A DNA stretch of 64,000 nt from Glaucostegus cemiculus (Eukaryota). The translations under genes were made by a program, and so were the position numbers. This document shows positions 49,171 through 61,200 of this stretch, one piece after another (positions within the stretch are counted from its first letter, which is position 1; every line of letters starts with the position of its first letter). The DNA lies in contig CDPCPM010000285.1 of assembly GCA_976551045.1 (NCBI GenBank), positions 558,001 to 622,000 on the forward strand. The letters are read 5' to 3'. Under the pieces are notes generated by a model, which had not been told where the DNA came from, did no database searches, and worked only from the letters and a program-made list of their open reading frames with translations.

Positions 49171-51970
49171 GCTCTGAACTTACAGAACTGAGGTCCAGAC
49201 CTATAGTTAATTTTATATACACATGTTCCAGCAAAAAGGATCAACCACTAGGTCATCTGTTTCTCTATTTGTGGATGCTGCCTGGTTGGCTGAGCATTTC
49301 CTGCTTTTATTTACAATGGCTAAAATAGTCTCAAATAAGATCAGAATGAAAGTTTGAAGGGAAATATTAGTCAAGGGAAATAGTATGAACAGGAACAATA
49401 AGAGTGAAATGGAGGTACAGGCTAAAACAGATTTGAGGTAGTAAGTCACTTCAGTGCTAACTCTCAACATAGCTCCAATCCTGTTTAAAAAACAGGATTC
49501 TTAAATTGTTAATCATTTCCTTGGACAGTATACCAACAGTATTTTGTGGCAACACAAACAGGTATATTAAAATGTTTAGCCGCCTAGATCCCAGATGCAA
49601 GTACTAATACTTCCTCCCTCCATTACAAGTCAAAATTAAATTCTTGCCACTGGGTCATGCAGTGATGTAGAATCAGTGGATAGAATTTTTCCCCAAGTTC
49701 TTTACTCCATAATTTTTGTTGATTCCAGGTCATGGAGTTTACAAACTAAGCATCAATTTCCTTGGTAAAAAACTGTACCATTATGGGTGAATGAAGACAA
49801 GCTGTGCATTGATTATATATTGGCCTGAAGGTTGCTCTTTTTGGGAAATGGAGGAGGTAGCAAGGAGACTGGGGCAGAGTGGACAACAAATTATTTAATG
49901 ACACTTGAAAATAAAATGGGGAGCAGACCGTCTGTTCTGTGTCATGCTGTTAGAACAGTCTCTGGGTTGCTGGCAGGCTTTTAATGATGCCACTGAGCTT
50001 TTATTTCTCAACTATTTAACAAAGGCTCTCACAAAGTGCATTTAAGATTTTTATTTTGGAGGACTGATTTTCATTGCTTTTTTTAAAACTATCCTTTGTA
50101 ATCTTCAATGGGTAAGGCAGATATTATCTATAACAACCATCCGTCCAAGTAAATGTTTTGGAAAGCATCTTGCAACCAGTGATGGATGAATGGGGAGCCA
50201 AAAGCTGGCACAGTGAATTGATCATTGGAAAAGCTTCTTGGGTACGAATCTTCCTTTCTGCTTTTGGAATTTTGATAAGGGAAGTGAATGCATTGAGCAC
50301 AAACATTCTGATATAATCCTCTGCATACAAAAGGAGACCAATAAACTTCAGAGTCTAAATTAATTTTATCAGTGAAGGATGTCTACTGGGGTGAAAATTG
50401 GACCAGATGTTTCTACTCTGTTCAATAGAGAAAGGAAATCTATTCAATTTATTAGGACTAGAAAGTCAAAATTAAAGCAGGTCATCTGATCATACTTAAT
50501 AATGGCCACATTACATTCATTAGACTAAGCCCACAAGATGACTATTTTACACGTGGTTGCAAGACCTAGATCCCGTTAAATCAGATAAATATTGTGGTTC
50601 TGTTCCAGACAGATTACTCACAATACTTATCATTGACCACGTTCAGCGAATTAGCAAGGAGGACACCAGTGCAGGATTGCATCTACCTGGACAGGATCCC
50701 GTCATTACAAATAAAGTCTTCCATTTATATCCCTTTTTTCACATCCTACAAATTCAATTTGAGGAGAAACCATTGTTCCAATCACAGGCAACTGGCATAG
50801 TGCAAATATTAGGGGCCTGGATTGAAAAGCACTATAGGATTACCTTGACCCACTGCAGTATTGATCCATGATGGTTTGCCTTGAACCTTTACAATGTTAC
50901 TGAGTATACATTCCAATGTCATTGAATCAGGCTCACTGAACAAATCATTCTTTGACTGAAGCCACAAATACTGACATTTCCAGATATTCAGAATTGCACA
51001 GAAATCAACTAGGATGGTTGAGGTTAAATCAACTGGAACACATTTTATTCACCATCAATTGCTTACCCACGTCCCCCATTGTGGGAAATCAATGTGCAAC
51101 AGAATGAAGATTTGTCAATCCCAAAACTATAGTAAGATTCTTCATTAGCTACCTAGACTTGAGGGTGGATGATATCTGGAATGTGCACAGGTATGGTCTC
51201 ATTTTGCAAGGCTATACTTGCAAAGGAAGCGGAGCAAATGTTCATGAGTATGTCGTACAAGGTGGTCAAGTTGTGCTGCAGGTTAGAAGAATGAGATGAT
51301 CTCACTGCGTCTAACCCATCAAGTCCTGTAACAATTTTGCAGAGTCGGTCGGCCTTTCAGGACAGATAGAAAAAAGAAATCTTCAGTTGGAGGGGAGGGA
51401 GGATTGTGAAAGCTCAGTTATTCGGCTCACTCAAGAACAATGGAGAGAATTTTGATGTTAGGGAAGTTGCACAGCATGGGGATACAGCAGAAAGTGGTGC
51501 AGAGGTAAAAGATTACGCATGATCTTATCGAATGATGAGCTAATGACAACTCCCGTTTCTATTTCTGCATGTTCTTGTATTGATTAAAAAGATTTTCTTC
51601 AGATAATTTGGGATAAAATTGTCACAAGCTAAGCATGATTATTTGTTTTCTCAGGTACCAGAGAACACAGATATTGCCAATAATGCCAACTTGAGTGACA
51701 ATTGATGAGGTGTTATTTGCAATCATAGGTTGTCAAGATGTTTATCATAAAAAAAAACGAACTAATTCATCCCCTCCTGTTATTCCGAGATCTCTACAGT
51801 TAAGGCATTATTTTTTGATTCCAGCCATTTTTTGGAGCACATGCATGAAGACCACGAAAATTTTAACCACAAGATTCCAGACGGTATTGTTTGATAATTC
51901 CACTATGAAGTCTATACCTTGTATACCATTACTTCCAACAACCGTCTTCATAGGCAAATAAAAAAGACAC

Positions 51971-52157
51971 CTGCTGGAGGAACTCAAGAAGTCAGGCAGC
52001 ACCTGAAGCGGGAAATGGACAGTCAACGTTTTAGTTCGACACCATTCAAGGGCCTCAACCTGAAGTGTTGACTGTTCACTTGCCCCTGAAGATGCTGCCC
52101 AGCTCACTGAGATCCTCCAGCAGTTCTTCTATTTGCTTCAGATTCCAGCATCTGGAG
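51971..52157. repeat. Inverted pair of Penelope pLTR ends (imperfect palindrome)
   Basis: CTGCTGGAGG (51971-80) pairs with CCTCCAGCAG (52114-23); ACAGTCAAC (52019-27) pairs with GTTGACTGT (52067-75). Confidence 0.7.
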
Positions 52158-52847
52158 TGTCAGGTCACTGTCTTCATAACTTTAGATAATTAACATTCAT
52201 TTCAACTGAACTATGAATTTTAAGATCTTTTCTTCCCCTTTCAAAAGAACTTTCAAAAGTAATCATTACCACATGCTTAAGATTCTAATTCAATCTAGCA
52301 ATAAGAAAAATTATTCTGCTGCCTCAATTTTGCTTCAAAACTGATGATGCGTTTTAAAGTGGCACACCTGCTCATCATCTTGCTAACAAAAAAAACACTG
52401 ATGCAATAAAAGAAAACATGAATAAATATATTTTAAATAAAAAGACATTTTATTGGTGGTGCTCAACAAAATGCCCATTTATTCAGAGATATTAAAAAGG
52501 AAATGAAAATCACATTAAACTCATGCCCACAACTCCCACCTGCAGCAATTCTGAACTTCTGACTGCAAGGAAATTGTCAGCAAGGTCATGAGCCTTTCAA
52601 GGCCCAAGTTCCATAGGTCTTTCATCAGACCATCCGTAAAAGTAATATTCCAAATACCAGCAACTCCCCTGGGGTCTCGATTGGCCTGCACATGAACTCC
52701 ACTTTACTTTCACTGCTGGTATGATAGAGAGCAGGGCTGCAGCAGATAGCAAAGAACACTAACAATTCAAATGTTGAGGTCATGTCTGGACTTAGAAACA
52801 AGCAAAACTTTTTTTTTTAAACACCAGTTAAGGAATTACTTACTTAC

Positions 52848-52943
52848 CCTTTAACATAGATATCACTCATCTCTTCTCCAGTAATGCTCTTTTCATCCAG
52901 GAGAACATCACTAGTGTTCCATATTACACAGCGAAGGAAATGT
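52848..52943 (-). CDS. MYOF: MYOF exon (start of last C2 domain)
   Basis: (K)[31 protein letters not shown](G); ATGCAG| acceptor, GG|GTAAGT donor; 96 nt. The following intron (29922-52847) is about 22.9 kb. Confidence 0.96.
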
Positions 52944-53879
52944 CTGCATGTAGTACACAAAGTGACAAAGCATTGAAAATGCGAAGCATGAAGAATAGGA
53001 GTAAACACATTTCCTTCAAGTAATTGTTAAAGGCATTGGATAAAGAAGTTGAGAAACAGGTTGAAAAGGAAAAAAAAAAGCCTTGGGAATACAGCATAGA
53101 TGCTTAACATTTTTCTTACTAGTTTATGTAGATGTATTAAATCATTTGAAAACACATTGGTATTACCATCTCCTGAAATAACAGTGTGGAATTTGACACT
53201 GTCCATACATTAATATTGCAATAAATAATTTCTAGGCTCAAACTGTCAAGACTCACACTATTCCATTTTTGAAGGCTACTTCTAGTTGTACTCTGTTGCC
53301 TCATGACAAGTGGGTGGTTTTCAGCCTAGATAATGGCAGCAAGCAATTTAACAGGGACAGTGGGAAGAATCACAATCAAAACCACTTCAGATATCACCTA
53401 ACATTTACATGGGGAAAAGTAAAATTTCCACCAGGCGTCATTATGTAACAGTGAGAACTGAAAGCCAGTGCCAAATGTATTCTTTCTAGACACTGATTGC
53501 AATGGTCAGTTCAGCCCTGATGCCAAGTCTGCAGTTATATGTTGAGTCTGCAGGAAAATTAGTAAAATTTCTAATCAGATCATAAAACAACCACACAGAA
53601 AAGATAACTGGGACAATTGTTCTTCTTGACAACAGATGCTATTGTGTCAGTTTTCTTGGTAGCCACAGGGTTCTAAATGACCATTACACAACAAAGAATC
53701 CATTAGCATCAGCCTGTGGGGAATTCACACTTAAACAAGCATCCTATACATGTTGATATATCTTGGCATACATTGACATGTTGGCACTTCTCACCAATGA
53801 TATCACCTTGTAGTGATGTCAACAAAAAATGCAATAGGCACAAAACATTTAGCTTATGCCCCATCAGCCAAACGGATGG

Positions 53880-54532
53880 CTTAGCATCACCCCCAGCGCG
53901 CGCTGCCCCCGGGAGGACTGTGCTGGGGACGAGACGGTCGCCCACCTCTTTGCTGACTGTAGGTTTGCGAGGAGGGTGTGGAGAAAGATGCAAGGTTCCT
54001 TGACACGGTTCATCCCCAGCAGCTGCATAACAGAGGACTCTCTGCTCTACGGGCTGTTCCCGGGGACACACACAGAGACGGACATCAACTGCTGCTGGAG
54101 GGTCATCAACTCGGTGAAAGACGCCCTTTGGTCAGCCCGAAACTTGTTGCTCTCCCAGCACTGAGATGTCCGTAGAGGAATGCTGCCGACTGGCACATTC
54201 CAGGTTGCAGGAGTACGTGCTGAGGGACGCACTGAGGCTTGGCGCAGCCAGCGCAAGGGCTCGGTGGGGAAGGACGTCAGTCTAGGGTTTTTCTGCCACT
54301 GGAGAGGGAGGGGCGGGGTCAGGCAAGAAAGCCCCTCAAGTGTTGTAAATATGTAATTGGGGTATCACCCCAGGGAGCCACACGTGTGGCATTGGTGCTG
54401 TTTTTTTTCTGTACGTATAAAAGTGTGACACTAAGAATGGATCTGAACACGAATGTAATGGTGTGAACGGTTCCTCTCATTATTATTGTATATAGTTTTG
54501 TTTTATGAATAAAGTATATCTTGTAATAAAAA
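53880..54532 (+). mobile_element. Tx1/L1-clade LINE 3' end with zinc-knuckle (zf-RVT-like) remnant
   Basis: CPREDCAGDETVAHLFADCRFARRVW (C-x-C...H...C knuckle), DINCCWRVINSVKDALWSARNLL; ends AATAAA...AATAAAAAA. Confidence 0.85.
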
Positions 54533-54826
54533 ATTAGTTAAATGAGCACATAGTAATTTCTGTCAAAGTCAAAAAGTGCCTCACAGACCAACAAACAATA
54601 CATTATGAAAATATACTGGAAATCTGAAATTAAAAAAAGCAGAAAATGCTGGAAAAACCATGTAGGTCAGGCAGCATCTGCAAAGAGAAATAGAATTGAT
54701 GTTTCAAGTTGATGACCCTACAATCCGGTCTTTGTCCTGAAGTGTTAACTCAGTTTCTCTTTTCATGCTGTCCGACCTGAGCATTTCCATCAGTACATAC
54801 TAAAGTACAGAGGTAACCAATACTTA

Positions 54827-54916
<90 letters not shown>

Positions 54917-55041
54917 CTAATGCAAGAGATAAGGTGTGACAAAATCAACACATACAACTTAGGAAAAAAGAAACAAGCACTTGATGACAATTTGGAAAAC
55001 ACAAGTGTTGTATGGCTGCTGACCTTGACAGCCCTAATCAT

Positions 55042-55454
55042 CATTTAGACTGCAATGGTCAGAGCTGCGTTATGGCAAGTCTGTGCCACCCATCATCATT
55101 ATAGTGTTCCATTTAGACTGCAATGGTCAGAGCTGCGTTATGGCAAGTCTGTGCCACCCATCATCATTATAGTGTTCCATTTAGACTGCAATGGTCAGAG
55201 CTGCGTTATGGCAAGTCTGTGCCACCCATCATCATTATAGTGTTCCATTTAGACTGCAATGGTCAGAGCTGCGTTATGGCAAGTCTGTGCCACCCATCAT
55301 CATTATAGTGTTCCATTTAGACTGCAATGGTCAGAGCTGCGTTATGGCAAGTCTGTGCCACCCATCATCATTATAGTGTTCCATTTAGACTGCAATGGTC
55401 AGAGCTGCGTTATGGCAAGTCTGTGCCACCCATCATCATTATAGTGTTCCATTT
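55042..55454. repeat. Perfect minisatellite, 6 x 68 bp
   Basis: Unit CATTTAGACTGCAATGGTCAGAGCTGCGTTATGGCAAGTCTGTGCCACCCATCATCATTATAGTGTTC starts at 55042, 55110, 55178, 55246, 55314 and 55382; copies identical, no spacers. Confidence 0.97.
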
Positions 55455-58050
55455 GACTATCTGAACAACTGCAGATGGAAAAGCCATTTGGCTCCACTGG
55501 CTCCAGTGACCAAAATTCTATAAATGTTCTCTCATCTAAATTACAAATTGGATGAATGAGTAAATGAAATGGGGTCAAACACAAAAACTATTTGCATGTG
55601 TACTGTGAGTGACATAAGGAAGGCAGAATTACATTCCCAACCACCCAGGGCATCAAAAGGCTTCTATGTTCCTTAGCTGCACGCAGACCATAACTATTAT
55701 GGGTGGTAGGTTGCCTTCCCTGAAGAGTAGAGAGCTTTTTCTTGTACATGGAAGGTGATAAATTACCAGGTTCATTCAATTCAGAGTCACAGCTTGGCAG
55801 TGGGTTTTAAACTCACACAATCTAACACTACAACTGGTTGGTTAATGTGCTCCATGTTCCTCTATCTGTAGCCACGGCTAAAAAAAAAGTAGTGCTCTAT
55901 ATTTTAATTCTCTTCTGCTTAGTACTCTCATTCACCTTTGAAGGCTAAAGGATACAACAAGATAGCCCAGTCTTTAGGAGCCCTTTATGCAGAGACTTCA
56001 AGGATCAAATGCTTCCTGGTTCCACTTAGGCTCAAGATGTAGGCCGACTAGGAACTGGTCAGTTTCAGCACAACAGCCTTGGACTTTTACTCCACTGATT
56101 TGGTAACAGCTCATCATTCTATTAGCTTTATTAATAGCATGCCAGTCGACGCAAGGCTTCCACTCACTTCCAGATGAATTTCTGGCTTTTCTCCAGTTAG
56201 CTCAACAAAATTCACTCCAAACCTATCCCAATTCCTTTTTTTAAAAAAAAATACATACATCTCTTTCCATCCTCAAATTACCTATTGGGCTATAATACAC
56301 GGTTGAACTACAACTTCCCAAGACTGTACACTTGTGTTTGTAACCCTACAGCTCACTGAATCCTCTGTTCCTTACTCAGGAGAAAGTGTATAATCTGCAA
56401 CTCACCTTCAAACCCAATACTCTGCATCAAAAACAACAGCCTATCTCGCTATTTGCTCTCTTACATTTTGTTGCAACTTATCCATGTTTTCATTATCCCA
56501 AAGAGGGACAACATATGGTGGGATTTACAAAATGACAATTCCTTCAACCACCTGCCCAAAATGGATAATCCATTTCTACTAATTCTGGATTATCTTCAGC
56601 ATTGGGTGCCAACTATTTCCATTCTGCTGGTCATAAAACTGTCCCTTCAATGGCTGGGCAACCTACTTCTCAATGGGGGAAACACCAACTTCTTCAGTTA
56701 TCTGCTTTATCAAAAGATCGGCATGGCTGAAAACAATTCTAATAGTTCCTATTAGTTATCAAAATTTGCACTTTATCTTGACATTGAGAGCTGTTCTACT
56801 CATCTAACTGCCATGCTCATGAGATCACTTTTCTCACCATGTTAAGATTCCCTTGACTGTGAAATATTCAGATTTTTATAAGCCATTGGCATGAAACGTT
56901 GATGGCTACAGGGTTGTACAACACTCCATAACAGTGAATTCTGGGAATAAAGATGGTCTTTGGTAGGGAGATATTGACTCAGTTACCTTAAGTCGTTAAT
57001 ATTCAATGGACTCGTGGTAATTATATTAACCATATTCAATGCACTGGTATCAAGTTGCATTCTAACCACCATTTCCTTCTCTTTAGAACTCTGAGAAATT
57101 TGGCAGGCCAAAGTTCTAAAATATATTTTAGTCAAATGTGTCCTTTATTACTATTACCCAAATCTGCTCAAGTTCAAGTCCCTTAATTCTTCGAACTTGC
57201 AGATAATTCTCGTCTATGCCCTTCAAGGCTAACATGTTTTCTGAAAGGTAATGGTCAGAATCATACACAATAATCAACTGATTTATGAGATACGGTGACT
57301 TGTGAAGGCTCCACATGACTGGTTTCTCTACCCAATGCACTCAAAGCCAAATATCACAGATTCCACACATGACAGTATAATTAAAATAGAACTCTTTCCA
57401 TCTTATTCTTTCCCAAGAGCATCACATTACACTTATCCACCCGACAGTACATTTGACACGCTTCTGAACTACATCAGTACAACTATGTTCTCAAAAACAC
57501 AAAATACCGCAATCATTCAGTATTCAGGTAGTATCTGTAGAAGAAAAAGTTAATATTTTAGGTCAAAAACCCTTTCTCAGTAGGGAATTCCAGCATTTCT
57601 GTTTTTATTTCAGTTCTTCTGTCTCCTACCATCCCGCTCTGTTGCCAAGCTCGGCATCTTCTACAAACTTTCACTGTACTTTCTATACTCAAGTCCACTT
57701 CACTTGCACAAACAAGACAACTTATGCCTTGAATGGTTTCTTTTGCATTTGAAAAGATGAGAAAAATGCAAATGTAAAAAGAAAATCAGAGGTCAAGTTT
57801 AGTCTCAACAATCCAATATGGAAAAACATTCTGTGCTACGACAACTAAAGAAACACCCCTTCACCCAACCCTGCCCATGTCCTCAGAAGATCATAAATTA
57901 GTGACTCCTCATTGCCAGGTCTCCCCACCAGGGAAGGATTACATCCACCCTCCCTGCTTCTAAATTTTTCTTTTAAGAAATATTCTCTCGAGACCTTCTG
58001 TTCCAAAGTAGCCCAGGCAAGTTGACTTGCTCCAAACCTACCTTTGGTTA

Positions 58051-58224
<174 letters not shown>

Positions 58225-61200
58225 TTACAATGTCAATGGTGGATTCACACATTGCAAGATCAAACTGCTGCTTAAAAGAGGTTTTAAACACTAATATATT
58301 ACAAAGACAAAGGGTTCTCCTTTAACTTTCTCACTGATGATTAAACTCAATTTTTCTTGATTTCTTAACAGTTCAGACTCCTCTCTGCACTAATACAGAC
58401 ATCTTGTGAAGTGCACCATCAATTGTTCTCCAAATTTAAGCTGATGCAACCGATATATTATGAAGCCTCAGTAGGTGTGGGCACCAATTACACAACATCT
58501 AATGTTTCAAAACTAGAATGCCCACACTGGGACAATATTGGAAAGGTGACAACTCCTATGTCACACCCCAAGTCCTTTACAAGAGTCCCTCCACTACTTT
58601 TACCCTTCGGTTGTAGAGCCCATGTTGCTCATTTTTTGTTACATACAACTTCACATCTGTTTGTGGGATGGATGGAAACCACTCAATAAATGATTAACTG
58701 ATCATGCATTATTGTTAATGCTTCATGGTCAGGTTTTCTTCATGCAAGCCATTACTGGCACTGAGGAAAAAAATGGAAGCCAAAACAGGTTTGTGATCAG
58801 AAGAAGCCAGCTTAACTTTGCTGTCCACCCCACCCCACCCACTCGGTGGCCCAGCATTATAGAAGGTCAAGCTTCTCATCAATGATGAGCTAAGACAACA
58901 AACCAAAGCTTGAATTTGGAACTTCCTGTGCATGACTTAATGTTATGCTGTGTGGTGCCTTTGTCAACTAAGCCATTGGGAAAACTGAAGAAATCCTTTT
59001 AATCTTGATAGAAGGAAACTGAATAAACAGTAGTTATCTGTATCAAATAAATGACTAAAATGAAACCCAATTACATCTGTCTATTCATTGCTCCACACCC
59101 TTACCTTTTAAACCCATCAGTGTCAACTTTGCTATTGATATTCACGTGCAGTGTGCATGGCACATGAAAAATGATTGATGTGAATTAATCAAATCAAAAC
59201 AGATATTCTCCCTCACGCCAATGATCAAATATGCTTGAAGGATTTGTTCTTTATCAGATTACAAGTACAACCTTATATCTGACAAGTTCAAGTCTCTCCC
59301 CAGTACTTGAATTTTCCTCTATTTGAATGACCCTATTTTTTAAAATACACATTTCTCAGAAAGCATCTATAAATTCAAACAAATTTTCATGGAAAATGGA
59401 AATCTTCAGTTATGCTAAATGATTCGTTCAATATTGCTGACCACTTCTGATTTGTGTGGATAACTGCTCCCCAAATTTATCAGTTAGCACAATTTTAATA
59501 ACCAGTTTTATCCAAATTGGACAAATAAAGCATGAAGCAAGGCACTTGGGGCTCCAAGGTAAATTTTGTCCATGGTATCTCTTAGGTTGGCCCACTGGGA
59601 AGGATCATTTTTGAAGGAGAGGCTCCATCATACTTACATACATGGAACCCAAGGTGGAACAAGCCTCTCTTTTATTGGGGAGTGGAGTTAATGAAGTAAT
59701 GGGGGAGAAAGACTATTCTGGGAGGGGAAGTGGAATTTGGAGAGTCAGAGGCATTTTGTTTATGAGGAGATGCAGGAATGGAGTGAGAAGCAATGAATTG
59801 TTCACTAGAATGATGTGGTGATGGCAGAGGATGTCAATATTGCAAGTGGTGCAAGCAGTAACAAAAGGAAAATTAAAGACACATAGTATCCAGATGCAAG
59901 TGTGAAGCTGCCGACTCCTTGGCAGAGATTCATGTGGAGAGTTGTTTCAAGGAAGAGTTGCTGACCTGAAATGTTATTTAACCTAAACCGAAAGTGTCCC
60001 CAAGCCTCTGGTTACTCCTCCCTCACTGTTCCTTTGGGTCTCATATGTTGGTACAACTGTGCAGTGAAGTCATTTTATGCCATTTGTTATCACTGTGTAT
60101 CCTTAACTGCTGCCACACATTAAAGTGCCACAATAACTTCACTAAAAGCTTTACTGTTTATTGACCTGAAAATGGTCCTCCAAGCACATAGAAAATAGTG
60201 TATATATTTGAATAAAGATCAGTTAAAAATATGGGTATAAAAACAGCTGTTTTTAGTAAATTTCTATAGTAAAAAAGTCTTCAAGCCATTGTTTGAGGGC
60301 ACTTCCCTTCCTAAATATTTTGCATCATTTGATTATGATATGTGGCTTGAGAATGAATAATCACCAGGCACAGATTTAAGATCTGAGAAAAATCAAAAGA
60401 TGACAGGAGGAAACTTTTAATAAATAAAGTGAGAGCTTGTGATTTGGCATGAGTGATGCAATGACAAGTTGTTCGAGTAAATCCAAAGAGGTGAAAATAG
60501 GAATATGGGGCAGAGAAGTGGATTGGGTTATCCAAGTTCTTTCTGGGATCAGGTGGGGGATCTTGCCATCTTGGTTTGGGCAGGGAGATGTACACAGATG
60601 CAGTCTCAGTCTCACAATGCATGACATTTCTCCCACCTTTCTGCTGGCCACAAGAGCAGCTTCATTTCAGCAGCTTTCTGGAGGCAGCCGCAGTGGCAGG
60701 AGGGGCCCTTGAAGCCAAAGCATGGCGTGCAAGAATCAAGGCAGTGCTGGGTCAGAGGGACTATCTGCAAATTGTCTCCCTTTCGTTGGTGATGGGAAGA
60801 GGAGACTGGGATGGCCGTCAACAGTGTATAGGAAGGAAGCTGGGATGAGACAGGTGGGTGAATATGGAGTATGGGGAGAGAGCTTGGTGGGGTGGTCAGT
60901 TGGGGTAAACAGGGTACCATATTGCAGATGAAATGGAACAGACTTAAAAAGGATATTCTCGTCATCTGCCCGACAATCTATCAAGATCCAACATTTTTCC
61001 ACACACCCCAACCCACTTCCCTCTAGTCTCCATCTTGGGATTATCTGGTGCAATACTGGGATGTTCACTTGGCCTGATTAGTGCTGGCTGAAACTCTGCA
61101 CCCAACCTTTAGGGAAGCTTAATGAGCATCAAACCTGTCCATCGTGCTTTATAAGCACCCACTCTCGGCTTTAAACGTCTTTGGCAATTAATTCTGAGAA

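Noticed and set aside
55042-55454. 68-bp array as a CRISPR array or as four 61-aa genes
   Set aside because: No variable spacers, no cas genes, vertebrate intron; the identical ORFs are a by-product of the tandem repeat.
55042-55454. C/D-box snoRNA array (the minus-strand unit contains ATGATGA and CTGA)
   Set aside because: C-to-D distance within a unit is only about 30 nt, there is no terminal stem, and no convincing rRNA/snRNA antisense element was recognised.
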